DNA of 62,488 bases, counting the filler, from Kipferlia bialata (taxonomy: Eukaryota), in the NCBI GenBank assembly GCA_003568945.1. It is 7 parts of 7 records of this genome, joined end to end, with 100 filler letters (N's around TTAATTAATTAA, not from the genome) between each part and the next. Parts side by side here need not be neighbours in the genome. Positions count along the whole stretch, not along the records: positions 1 to 10,841 come from BDIP01001345.1; positions 10,942 to 21,781 come from BDIP01001346.1; 5 more parts are not named here. One strand, written 5' to 3'. How positions within the stretch are numbered: the first letter of the stretch is position 1; every line of letters starts with the position of its first letter. The position numbers and the translations under genes were made by a program. Shown here piece by piece: positions 1 through 13,666 of the stretch. The notes below the pieces were generated by a model. The model saw only the letters and a program-made list of their open reading frames with translations. It did not search any database and was not told where the DNA came from.

Positions 1-715
1 TGAAGAGGAAGAGAGAGAACAGCACGACCACCAGGAACAGGGACTCGACAAAGGTGTTGCACAGGACCTGAATGTTCTGGGGTAAGAATAGCTATATTGC
101 TATTACTATTCACAAATATGAATTCATATACTAGTATAATACTATCATAATGTCATAGATGTTGCACAGGACTTGGATGTTCTGGGGTAAGACACCAGAA
201 ATGATACTACAATACCCCACATATAAGAATAGACACATATTCTATTGTTTGCTACTCTATAAATACTACAATTACTATTTACTATAAATACTAGGCCTAT
301 ATACATAATATATACCTCCAGGAATGACTCCTCTGTCCAGCCTATCAACAGGATAACGGACATGGTGGTGGGCAGGACAAGCAGACAGATGCCTGTGGGT
401 TATGACAATTATGTACTACTAATATATCAGTAATGTATGAAGAATACAGTATATATGTCATATATCAACAGGATAATGGACATGGTGGGTACATGAGTAC
501 TAATATATACATATACGCATGTATATTTACACCACTCACCTATGGCCAGCAGTGTGTGAATGGGTGCCGATATGGACACCGACTCCACCTTGAAGTGCAG
601 GGCAATCAGGGCGAAGGTGATGATCTAAGGGTTAGAGAGGGAGAGAGAGAGAGAGGGAGACGGATGCCTTGAAGTGTAGGGCAATCAGAGCAAAGGTGAT
701 GATCTAAGGATAAGA

Positions 716-759
<44 letters not shown>

Positions 760-808
760 TGCCTTGAAGTGCAGGGTAATCAGGGCAAAGGTAATGATCT
801 AGTGTTAG

Positions 809-846
<38 letters not shown>

Positions 847-1353
847 ATCCATACCTTTGGAGTGACTAATGGCCACCAGAGGGAGGGTACCCAGGGGATC
901 TGGGAATAAGGGTGCAGACAGAGGGAGAGAGAGGGACAGGGGGAGAGAGATAGTGACAGAGAGAGAGAAGCGGGTATCCTAGGGTATATACCTCTTCGTA
1001 TATGCCTGCACTGTGCACAATGTAGTGGTACATGGATATCTCTACCTCTAATAGTACAATATATATATATATGTATATATATACACGTGTTTATACCTCC
1101 TCGTATATGCCTGCACTGTGCACAATGTAGTGGTACATGATTATCTGTAGGACCAGGCCAAGGGTGTAGATATATACACACACAAATATTAGTATATATG
1201 TATATACAGAAACTCTATATACATACATATCCATACCTCCTCATAGATACCAGCACTATGGACTATGTAGTGGTACATGGATATCTGTAGCACAAGGCCG
1301 AGGGTGGGCAAGATGAACATGCCCACAAGGAAGGCCTTGACGTACTAGAGGTA

Positions 1354-1391
<38 letters not shown>

Positions 1392-4188
1392 GATGAACAT
1401 GTCCACAAGGAAGGCCTTGACATACTAGGGTGAGCTATGGAAATGCACATGCAGTAGCAATACCACACAAATATATCGACAGACTAGGAGATGTACACAT
1501 TGCAAAGCTGATAGAGCGAAAAGGAGAGGGTAAATCCTCCTACCTGGACTGGCTTTGAGACCTGGGTGTCGTCGGGACTGGGGGTAAGAAGGAGTGTGGA
1601 GAACACAGAGAGGTAAAGCGAAAGTAATTTTCTAATTCTTTAATTATATTTCATTAAATATCTTTTCAATATTTCAATTCTTTCTATTTAATTAAACATT
1701 ATTTTTTTCTAAGACCACAGGAGGACATATTGGATCGAAAGAAGTACCGAACAAAGAGGGAGGAAACTCAGAATATGAAGCGAAACATATACTAACAGTT
1801 AACTCTATACTCTACTACACACCATACCTGGGTGGGTTCTTCTCATAGGCATATGCTATATATTCATATATAGTATTTCATATATACTATATACATACTA
1901 TACTCAGACTACATACATATGTATTAGTATACATTATTATTTCACTATACCTGGGAGGGTTCTTCTCATAGGCCGCCATGGACTGTCTGTAGCTGGGGGT
2001 GAGATATGTATATATATATATATGTATATGGTATGTGTATAGTGTCATTATCTATTCAATGTCAGCATATGCCGCCATGGACTGTCTGTAGCTGGGGGTT
2101 AGATAATTAGATACATATTGCACATACATAGAGAAAAAACATAAGGCACATATATAATGTGTATGGAATTATTCCTTACGCGTACTGTTAAGAGAAAGAG
2201 AGAGAGACATACATACCCCATTATGCACATTGGCTGCAGCACACACACCAGGGCCAGTGCCCATCTCATAATATATATATATACTATATACTATATATAC
2301 TATATATATATAATATGTATACTTTATATACACTCTATGCATACAATATACTCTATATATACTATATATATATAGCCATACCCCATTATGCACATGGGCT
2401 GTAGCACACACACCAGGGCCAGTGCCCATCTCATGGATCTGAGGCCGATGGCAGCCGTGGTCTCAAGCTCATACATCTAAAGGGTCAGAAATCTGCTAAA
2501 AATGCGAGTATATATATTAGTTATCTGCTAAATACACGTGTAATATACTTAGAGACATAGATACAATAGTCCTACGGTCAGGAAACTGCTAAAAATGCGA
2601 CTATATATGTGAATCTAAATACAACTAAACGGATAGTAATCTGCTAAAAATATGCGTAGTACAATAGTTGAAATAGACCGATGGCTGCGGTGGTCTCAAG
2701 CTCATATATCTATGGTTAGTATTCAGCCAAAGAGGCGAGTACATATATATCTCTAGCAATTTGGCTAAATCTCGATACAATACCTTCAGCCCAAAGACCT
2801 GCTCCAGCAGCACCATGACCACCCCAATGAAACAGGAGGTGTAGGCAACCCAACGGCCTGACGGTCAGTGTATATATCTGTCTATGTATTGAAGGATATA
2901 TATAATAACACACATATATTGAAGACTATTTTAACAGGAGGTGTAGGCAACCCAACGGCCTGACGGTCAATGCATCTCTACGTAATATTAGCAAATAATG
3001 AATACATACCGCATAGTAAAAGTAATATGGAATATACACTGTATACCTACTGGCCCTGGTGATGTTGGGTTCATGAGTGTGAGGTTCAGCCAGGCATGGG
3101 TGGCCTGGACAGATCTGGTGTGTTAGGGGTATATGTATATAAGTATCAGATGACTTCATAGTCTAATGTATATATATATATATTCATCCAGTTAGGTTCA
3201 GCCAGGCATGGGTGGCCTGGACAGACCTAATGGTAAGCATACAAGTACATAAGCGTCTAACCATGTATGCACTAGATACTATGTCCTTTCTATAACCGAG
3301 ACCCTTACCTCTTTGGGGTCAGGAAGAACTTCATCCAGTGCTTGATCAGACACCTAAGGGTTAGAGTGTAGTCTCAGAGTACTATACACTACACATACTT
3401 GCTATACTGCATACCTAGTTCTGTACCAGATGGTGGGTGCTGTGGCCACAGAGAAATAATTATACAAGAACTAATAATTATTACTTACTATATACTGCAA
3501 TACATTATACCCTATATGTAACAATGTATATGTTCACTACTATCATTGCGTACCTAGTCCTGTACCAGATGGTGGGTGCTGTGGCCACAGACCCATAGTG
3601 GTCAAGTCTGGGGATGAGAGAGTAGTTGTACTGTATAGATAATTATATATATATAGTACATACCTAGCGTCGTGCAGGTTCCCAGCCACAGCAGTCAGGT
3701 CGGCCATGGGGATGAGCTCCCGGAGGACAAGCCTGACAATTAGGGATAATAAATACATACTATATAGAGAAATATATAGTATAAATACACAGGCAGGATA
3801 GTTTATGGGGATGAGCTCCCTCAGGACAAGCCTGACGTAAATATAGGGGTTGACTCTCTCTCTATATATATTATATATATAGGAATATATGGATATATAA
3901 TATAATATATGTACATAGAGGTAGCCATGGGGATGAGCTCCCGAAGGACAAGCCTGGTATTAACATGGAGTATGATAAGTATATATATATACATACATAT
4001 ATTAATATATATATATATATATATATAACATATATAGTATATAGTCAGCCATGGGGATGAGCTCCCTCAGGACAAGCCTGGCATGAGGGTTTACATGTTT
4101 CATATGTGTATGACTGAAGAAGCGCTGTATATACCTTATGTCCCTGAGGATACAGTCCTCGTCCTTTGAGTGTATGTCCCCAATGCCA

Positions 4189-4222
<34 letters not shown>

Positions 4223-5847
4223 ATGTGTGGGTGTATATAATAATGAATATATACATACATATATACAACTAACCTTATATCCCTCAATATACAGTCCTCG
4301 TCCTCCGAGTGTATGTCCCCAATTATATACATATTCTCACCTAATGTCTCTAAGGATGCAGTCCTCGTCCTCAGAGTCCCCAATGTCTATACCAGAGTGG
4401 CCGGATATCTGTCTGGTTACAGTAGACAGCTTTGAGGGGCCAGCACCGGGATTAAAGGGTCTAGCGGGTAGTGGGGGGACAGTGCCATCTCTCGATGGAG
4501 GCTGAGAAAAGGGTCTAGGAGGACGAGGGATAAAGGGTCTAGAGGGTGGAGGTGCGAGCATTGTGTCAGAGTCGTCTCTGCCCCAACCTAGAGGGGGCTC
4601 AGTGGAGAACCCGTCTCCCTCCCCCTCTACTATGGTGTTACCACCCCAGGGAAGAGGACGGTCATTCACACCCTCTCTCTCTACCTCTCTCTCTCTCGGC
4701 ACCCCCAAGGGAGGCTCGTCAACTCCCTCTCCATATGCCTCTACCACCTTCTCTCTCCCTCTCCTACCCCCTCTTGTCCAATCTAGGGCTGACTCGCCAG
4801 CAGCCTCCCCATACCCCTCAGTCTCTCTCTTTCTCTCTGTTTCTCTAGGTGCATTGCCCCACGCAAGAGCTGGCTCATCAGAACCCTCCCCATATGCATC
4901 TCTCTCTCTCTCTGCTGGTCTCTGCACCCCTAAGGGAGCCTCATCAGCGCCCTCTCCATACGCATAGCGCTGAGGCTCCCTAATAGGTGCTCCCTGGGGT
5001 GCTCCAAGAGCAGGCTCGCCACCCTCGCCATATGGATCCCCCCCTCTCTCTCCTAGAGGTGCTCCTAGAGCAGGCTCATCCTCTACCATCATGTTGGACG
5101 CACAGTGGTGTACCCCGGTAGAGGCACCGTTGCCCGTAGACCGTACGATGGCAACAGGACCACGTCTGGTGGCGCCCCAAGGGACGTTGGATGAACGGTG
5201 TACGGTGCTCGTAGTAGTAGTGGCAATGGGCCTAGTAGTGGCAGTTGTGACACATGGTGCGATGCGGGGTATCTGAGGGGGGACTGGGATCTGAGAGGCA
5301 CTGTCCTAAGGTTAATAGAGGTATAGATAGATAGATATATATAAATGGAAAAGTGTATGAATATAGATGTATAATCTATTACTAGTGGTATCTAAGGGGG
5401 GGACTGGGATCTGAGAGGCACTGTCCTGCTATGAGTATACATACATATATATATGCACATGCATATGTATATACTCATATACTACATACTTGGTAAATAT
5501 CACGCTATACACCACGATAATAGTATACCTCAGCCCTGTAATCACTGCTGCTAGTGTCGGTACTCCCATCATCACCGTCACTGGTACTGGTGGTGCCGCT
5601 GGACGAACGGATGCCGTTCAGAGAACGGGCACCCTGTTCACTCAGCTTCCTTGACGCTGAGAAGTGTCTGTGGGGCATGGATACCTCATGGTCCTCTCTA
5701 AGGGGTGAGATAGAGGCTTATGTATACACGACACTATATATAATCTACAGTAATGTATGAATAGTCATATACATCATACTATCTATACCTTGGAGCCGAG
5801 TCCCCGTTGTACTCTGTGTCTGACATGTCACTGGTGGTGGTCATGTC
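1..5847 (-). CDS. Multi-exon unknown polytopic membrane protein with long low-complexity/repetitive N-terminal region (3' end runs off window)
   Basis: About 15 GT-AG exons join in frame: ...MTTTSDMSDTEYNGDSAPR / EDHEVSMPH... / large exon ~4341-5305 (ORF 4337..5092) / LVLRELIPMADL / ... / WVAYTSCFIGVVMVLLEQVFGLK / MRWALALVCVLQPMCIMG / YVKAFLVGMFILPTLGLVLQISMYHYIV / IITFALIALHFK / ICLLVLPTTMSVILLIGW / LFLVVVLFSLFLF. Several hydrophobic helices; family not recognised. Confidence 0.75.
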
Positions 5848-5895
5848 CTGGTATCAAAAGAGTATGTATATGTATGTATCTATCTAGCTATCTAG

Positions 5896-5896
<1 letters not shown>

Positions 5897-5947
<51 letters not shown>

Positions 5948-5965
5948 ATATGTATATATATATAT
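5897..5965. repeat. (TA)n microsatellite, representative of many intronic (TA)n/(GA)n tracts
   Basis: Directly visible dinucleotide run; similar tracts at 717-753, 9115-9140, 21737-21781 and 60320-60364. Confidence 0.95.
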
Positions 5966-5997
5966 ACTGTGTATTATTAGTGTACTTATATATATAT

Positions 5998-6356
5998 GAG
6001 AGTCCGCCAAGGCCGTGCAGGTATGTGTATATACCCATAGTAACCCGTATATACCATACCGTGTATATACCCAATTATACACCAAAATACTTATTATTAT
6101 TATTGAGTTCTGCGTATTATGAATTGCAATAAAGTGTATCGTGTATTATACTTTGTATACTTGCCTTACTCCAGGACGCCGAGGCCAGGTTCGAGACCAA
6201 GCTCCACGACAGGGTGGCCCAGAGACAGGTGTGTATGAGAATATAATAGTGTATGAATAAGTATGTGTATATTATTAGTTTACATTGTATATATGTAAAT
6301 ATACTAATATGTATTTGGCTAAGCTTCACGACAGGTGGCCCAGAGACAGGTGTGTA

Positions 6357-6402
<46 letters not shown>

Positions 6403-7125
6403 TCATGTATATAGTTGTATTTGTGGTTTCTGTTCTCATCCCAGGCCGACCTCATTGAGGAGCACAAGGAGAGAGTGGCCGCTGTCAACAGGGACAGGTA
6501 TATATATATATATAATAGTGGGTATATCAGATAGAAAGAGAGTATACAGAGATTGCCACTCTCTTAAAGATGCTGAGCACCTCTATGTATATTCCTCTTA
6601 CCCCAGGGACGCCCTTGAGGTCGAGAGGCGCCAGGTCGTGGTAGCCCAGGAGAAGAGGCAGGCTGAGGTACATTTTATATATAATATGCATTGTATATAT
6701 ATGTGAATATATATATCCTATAGTATACTATATTACTGTATCTAGGTCGTGGTGGCACAGGAGAAGAGGCAGGCTGAGGTATTAATATTCAAACATATTT
6801 GTGTATAATGGAGCAGTACATATATTAGACTTCTGGAGTATACCTATTCTACCCCTTCACTTTGAGGAGTCCTGCCCAGCCTGGCACCACTCTAGTGTTA
6901 TTGCCTCTCTCTCTCAATATGTACTAGACTATATGCATAGTACACTCCTTCTTACCCCCAGTTTGAGGAGTCCTGCCTTGCCAGGCACCAGGCCGTGGTG
7001 GAGAGAGAGAGAGTGCAGGCCAGGACTGCTAAGGAGGAGGCAGAGAAGAGGGTCCTCGCCCTTACAGAGGCTCACCAGGTATACATGTATAGTATATACA
7101 TAGTAGTATATATATATATATAGAC

Positions 7126-7159
<34 letters not shown>

Positions 7160-7976
7160 CCAAGGAGGAGGCAGACAAGAGGGTAGTGGCACTCACTGAG
7201 GCTCACCAGGTATATATACACTTCTATATACTAGGGTACATATAGTGTATTAGTATACTGTGTGTATACTAGTGTCTCACCCCTAGGCCGAGCTGTCTAC
7301 TGTCCAGAAGGATGCTACATAGTATTTTACACTTTTCTATATATATATGTATATATATATATCTAATATTCCAGGCCGAGCTCTCCTCTGTCCAGAAGGA
7401 GGGTGCCGCGGCCCTTGTCCTGGCAGAGCAGGCAGCAGAGGACAGGATAGCACAGGGTATGTGTATACATATACTATATATATGTACTATACTCTATACA
7501 TGTACACTATATATATATGTGTGTATGCAGCCCTTGTCCTGGCAGCGGAGGACAGGATAGCCACAGGTACTGGGTATATGCACCTGTGTGATAATGTATA
7601 CTTGTGTTTGATTGTTATGTATACACTGTCTCTCACCCCCAGCCACTTCAACAGACAATATAGTGTGTATTATGATCTACTTATATATATATATATCTAA
7701 CCCCCAGCCAAGGCCCAGATGCAGTCTGCCTTCACAACATACATGTTCTATGTACTCTTATACACCTATATATGTATATATATATATTGATTCATACTCT
7801 CTATCTGCATTGTATAGTCTCACCCCCAGCCAAGGCCCAGATGCAGTCTGCCATGTATTGCATACTCTCTATATACCTTATTAATAATGTTTATATATGT
7901 AGATCTATACACTATCTCTCACCCCCAGCCAAGGCCCAGATGCAGTCTGCCAAGTATTACATACTCTTTTATATAT

Positions 7977-8014
<38 letters not shown>

Positions 8015-10795
8015 CTCACCCCCAGCCAAGGCCCAGATGCAGTCTGCCTTCAACGACAGGACATCCGCCATCGCTAAGGTATCCACTACTATATTGATTA
8101 TTATTATTATTATATATATTATTATACATATGTATATGTATATATATGTGTGGGTAGGTATATATATACATATATATACCTTCAACGACAGGACATCCGC
8201 CATCGCTAAGGTATCGATGTACTTGTACTTTCACACCTGTCTCCCTGTATACATATGGCAGCGAGGAGGTTCATGACCTATTCCTGCAAAGTATCTCTCT
8301 CTCCCTCTCTGTCTCTCAATATATGTATGCCTATGTACTACTTACCCCCCAGCAGCGTGAGGAGGCCCTGGCCCTTGCCGCCAAGGAGAGGGCAGCCACT
8401 GTGGAGAGACTGGAGAGGGAGAGGCAGGAGGCTGAGGCAGCACTCAAGTGAGTCTAAGTACACATACTATAGTAAATATTCGTGATACCTCTATATGCCC
8501 ATATCCTCACCCCAGGGCCCAGTACGAGAGGAAGGCCGAGATTGTGGCCGAGGAGCACCAGGCAGCGGTGCAGAAGGTATAGGATCTCTCTCTCTCTCTC
8601 TCTCTTTGTATATGTGTCTCCAGATACTTATCCTAGGCCACTGCCCGTGTCTCTGAGGCCGAGGCTGAGAAGGCAGCATACGAGCAGAGGGTCAGGGAGG
8701 AGGTATGTCACGCTATATTACTATATTACTATATACATACACACATATATATATGTGTATATATATGTGTGTATAGTGTATATATACTGATGCATACGAG
8801 CAGAGGGTCAGAGAGGAGGTGTGGCAACATTACCCAATTCTCTCTCTCTATCTGTGTGTGTGTGTTCGTGTGTGTCTCTCTCTCTCTCTCTGTCTGTCTT
8901 ACCCTAGGCCGCTGCCGCTGTGTCTGCTGCCCATGCCTATATATATACTTTCATGAATATATATATATATATTCATCCTACTGATCCCTAGGCCGCTGCC
9001 GCTGTGTCTGCTGCCCTTGCCTCCAGTGCCGACAAGGTCGAGGAGGTCAAGGCCCAGATGGAGACACTCATTGCTGAGCAGAGGTACATGCATATGTATA
9101 CATATGTTTTGAGTTATATATATATATATATATATATATAGATAGATAGATCGATAGAGAGAGAGAGAGGGGTCAAGGCCCAGATGGAGGCACTCATTGC
9201 TGAGCAGAGGTATGTATATACATATGTATATATATAGTTATGCGTACTATATGTAGAGAGAGAGAGAGAATGAGAGTGTAGGAGGTCAAGGCCCAGATGG
9301 AGACACTCATTGCTGAGCAGAGGTATATACAGATATGTATTTACTCTCACGTATTATTGTAGGAATTGAGACCGGCATATTTGATACACAAATCCTGCCC
9401 TCCCACTGTTGATTCTCTCTCTCTCTCTTTCAGATTCCAGTGTATATATCATGTACTAATTCCAGGTCCGCTGAGTCTGCTCTCCTAGCTGCCCAGGCTG
9501 CCAAGAGAGAGGCAGAGAGAGAGGAGAGGCAGAGGCAGTACCAGACAGAGGTCGAGGAGATCAGGGTATGGGGCATCTCTCTATATAGTAATTAATATAT
9601 ACTATATATATATACTCATCTAACCATAGGCCACCCACCTAGCTGCCCTCGAGGCCTCTCTCTCTCTCTCTCTNNTAACCATAGGCCACCCACCTAGCTG
9701 CCCTCGAGGCCTCTCTCTCTCTCTCTCTCCCCTCTCTCTCTCTCTTTCTAACCATAGGCCACCCACCTAGCTGCCCTTGAGGCCGAGAGGCAGAGGACTG
9801 CATCCTCCATTGCAGAGGCTGAGGCCGCAAACACTAAGCTCATGGAGAGGTACAATACCTATACACAACTGTCTTCCCTTTCCTTAGCATCACTGGCCAG
9901 CTGGTTTCTCTCTCTCCCTTACTCCTAGTAAGCGTGCCTCCCTGGCTGCCCAACTTCACTCTCTCTCTCTCCCTATTCATATCCACTATCTATACCCTTA
10001 CACCCAGTGAGCGTGCCTCCCTGGCTGCCCAGCTTGTGACTGAGAGGGACATGCTCAAGGCACAGCTAGAGACTGAGAGAGAGTCCGCCCAGGTATGTAT
10101 ACATAAACACACACATATATACATATATATGTATAATAGTATATATGATATGTATATGTTACTGAGAGGGACATGCTCAAGACACAGCTGCAGCAGGAGA
10201 AGGAGTCTGCTCAGGTATGTATAGATATATACTGTATACATCCTAGTATATACATATATGTAGGATAAATATATATATCTACTTAGACAGCAGGAGAAGG
10301 AGTCTGCTCAGGTGTGTATACATTAACGCACACACACATACATATATACATGTTGAAATATACATCTCTTCTCCTTACCCCTAGGCCACCATTGCCGCTG
10401 CCCTTGTCCATCTCTCTCTCTCTCTCTCTCTCTCCCCCCCCACTAACTCTAGGCCACCATTGCCGCTGCCCGTGTCCAGCTGGACAAGGACCTTGAGGCA
10501 GAGAGGGAGAGGGCACACACTGAGATGGGTGAGTAGATGTGTATATATATATATATATATGAAGGAAAGAGAGAGAGAGAGACCTCGGGGCTGAGAGGGA
10601 GAGGGAACACAATGAGATAGGTATATACAGTGATACATATACAGTGGTGTATGTATATATATATATATATGGACAAGGACCTCGAGGCTGAGAGGGAGAG
10701 GGCACATGAGGAGATGGGTGAGTATGTATATATGCGTATATGTATATATATGAAGGAGAGAGAGAGAGAGAGGGAGAGGGCACACGCTGAGATAG
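5998..10795 (+). CDS. Partial multi-exon Ala/Glu/Gln/Arg-rich coiled-coil protein
   Basis: Short in-frame exons such as DAEARFETKLHDRVAQRQ, ADLIEEHKERVAAVNRDR, FEESCLARHQAVVERERVQARTAKEEAEKRVLALTEAHQ, AKAQMQSAFNDRTSAIAK, ERASLAAQLVTERDMLKAQLETERESAQ. Both ends are missing. Confidence 0.75.
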
Positions 10796-10841
10796 GTATA
10801 TATAGTGATATATATACAGTGGTATATGTATATATATATAT

Positions 10842-10941
10842 NNNNNNNNNNNNNNNNNNNNNNNNNNNNNNNNNNNNNNNNNNNNTTAATTAATTAANNN
10901 NNNNNNNNNNNNNNNNNNNNNNNNNNNNNNNNNNNNNNNNN
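10842..10941. other. Artificial scaffold linker N44-TTAATTAATTAA-N44
   Basis: Six-frame stop 12-mer at 10886-10897 centred in 100 nt. Confidence 0.97.
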
Positions 10942-10985
10942 ATGTATATGTATACTGATATATATATTGTACCGTCTCACTCTAG

Positions 10986-11226
10986 CATCTGGCCAGTAGG
11001 CTGTACCGCATCATCATAGCATCCTTCGGCCTCATTGGGTTCCTCCTCGGATGGATGTTCAACAGTCTCTCTCTTAGGTACATTACCACTCTCTCTACCT
11101 CTCAATGTAGGTATTGTCACTATCGCTAGGGCTGGATGTTCAACAGTCTCTCTCTCAGGTTCCTCCTTTGTATCTGTCTCTCAACCTCCGCCTCTCTGCC
11201 TGGATAATACCCAGCCTCATTGTCCT

Positions 11227-11258
<32 letters not shown>

Positions 11259-11506
11259 GCCTTACCCCCAGCCTCATCATCCTTGGTGTGGGTGTGGTTG
11301 TGAGTGTCATTGCAGTGGTGCCAGACTGGCCAATGTACAACAGGTATTGATAGTGTATACGCATATATCTTGTAGTGCACTATACTATACACATATATGT
11401 GTGACTGAGTTGTCTTTTTACTATACTATATATGTTTTACTATATGTATGATTCAAGTGGAATAGCTGTGGTGCCAGACTGGCCAATGTACAATAGGTAT
11501 AGAATC

Positions 11507-11547
<41 letters not shown>

Positions 11548-12001
11548 CCATATATGTATAATCTATCCATAGAGTCTGTATTGCAGTGGTGCCAGACTGG
11601 CCAATGTACAACATGTATGTAACACACATACATATATACAAGTATATATGTATGTATAACGGGTATACAAGGCTGAGATGTCTCTGTGTGTGTCATTGCA
11701 GTATATTGCTCTCACTCCAGGCAAGACCTCAAGTGGCAGCCTGACCCCAAGGGCCCCAGACCCACAATGTACCAGACAGTGGTGTCATACTACGACAAGT
11801 GAGTGTCTAGACTGTCTCCTTATTACTATGAGTGTACATTAGTGGTATTGAGGATCTCTATAGCATGTCTGTTTCTATTTACATACGAGACAACCTCACC
11901 CCCAGGTACATAGATGAGTATATATTGCATATATACTCCCTCACCCCAGGTACATAGGCACATACCTCGCCAAGGTGAGGGGCAAGGACAAGGGGGAGTA
12001 G
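10986..12001 (+). CDS. SPCS1: Microsomal signal peptidase 12 kDa subunit (SPC12/SPCS1 family), 5' partial
   Basis: Four exons give HLASRLYRIIIASFGLIGFLLGWMFNSLSLSLIILGVGVVVSVIAVVPDWPMYNRQDLKWQPDP...GKDKGE*. Two TM helices followed by the VPxWPxYNRxxLKW motif typical of SPC12. Confidence 0.85.
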
Positions 12002-12471
12002 AGAGTAGAGACAGAGAGAGCCAAAGGTGAAGGGCAAGGACAAGGGGGAGTAGAGAGAGAGAGAGAGGGTGAGCCAGAGAGTAACAGCTGTTTCACCTCT
12101 TGGAGCGATAGTTCACAGAAAGACTTATCTACAGTAGTTGAAATAGACTACTCTTAATCTGTGCTGTTTCAAAATCCTCTCACTCTTCATTAACGAATTC
12201 TGATATATTCCTGACAGCTAAAACAAAACCATCATCTACACATAGTAGGTACACATGACACTACCATAAAATGACAAATAGGTATTCTGCGTGTTGCCTG
12301 AAAGAAACCCCCTCCTCTCTCATGGGTCTCGAAGGCCACACAAGTAAACGAATGCAATTAGTATAACTGGACAGTGATAGTATGTGGGTCACATGTCCCA
12401 CAGGGAGACCCAACCCCTCTCACTTCTCTCACTTCACATAGTGGGAGAGAGAGACAAGAGGCGGGGCACTT

Positions 12472-12575
12472 TCAGTGGGAGAGAGAGAGAGATGGCTCCC
12501 CGTTGGACTGTGCCTCTGACACAGACAGGACCATGCTGGTCTTGATGCCCTCGAGGGCCCTGGGGGGTAAGAGAC

Positions 12576-12610
<35 letters not shown>

Positions 12611-13631
12611 CATGCTGGTCTTGATACCCTCTAGGGCCCTGAGGAGTGAGTGATACATATATATATATACTGAAAGATAGGGGGGGTGGAGAGAGAGGGA
12701 GAGAGAAGATGACCTGCTGGTCTTGATGCCCTCAAGGGCCCTGAAGGATAAGAGATGTAGACACACACACACAGAGAGAGATAGAGAAACTGGACCATGC
12801 TGGTCTTGATGTGATTAATGCCCTGAAATGTAAGTAACGGGCTAGAGAGACATACATGTACACATGACACTAGAAGTAGGATACATGTAATACCTGAGGT
12901 CTGAGTCTCCCTCGCTCTCCCCACCCACTGCCTCGACTGTGTCTGCAACGCCATGGGGGACCTGGGATGTAAGAGGGTAGCAAATGTATAAATATATATA
13001 TATATATACAGAGAGAGAGAGAGATCACATGGCATCGACTGTGTCTGCCACACCGTGGGGGACCTGGAGGGTTAGGAGATAGTATATCTGTACATTATAC
13101 ATCGATTGAGAGATACATATGTGAATACCTTGCCCTCCTCGACCACTGCCACAGCATCATCGGCCTCCTCCTTCTTGATCTTCTAGGGGGTTAGTATGTT
13201 AGTATCAGACAAGGTATATACAGTAGAATACATACATATACAGATACATCATAGACAGTGTTTGATATCATCGGCCTCCTCCTTCTTGATCTTCTAGGGG
13301 GTGAGAAGGGAGAAGAGTTAAAGAAATCACATAATATGCCCATTAGTATAGACAACACATTGATAGTGCATGTACCTTCATGTATCTGACGAGTAGCCAT
13401 GTGGATATGACAGCTGCCAGGATGTCAGCTATGGGGTAGGCGGTCCAGATGCCTGGGGTTAGAGGGACACACACACATACATACATGTATATAAAGTAGT
13501 GGACAAATATTCATATGCACCCGTACCGTCGACACCCATGAATGGTGGCAGCACATACACAAAGACAATGACCAGGAGGGGCTTGATCAGCTGCACACTG
13601 GCATTGATGGCAATCTGCTTGTAGACCTATC

Positions 13632-13666
<35 letters not shown>

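Noticed and set aside
9620..9790. Three near-identical acceptor copies around an 'nn' gap
   Set aside because: Identical copies flanking a 2-nt gap may be a scaffolding overlap duplication, so they were not used as evidence for the echo phenomenon.
10886..10897. Recurrent palindromic TTAATTAATTAA roughly every 10.9 kb
   Set aside because: Always centred in 88 Ns. It is an artificial six-frame-stop linker between similarly sized scaffolds, not a biological periodic element.
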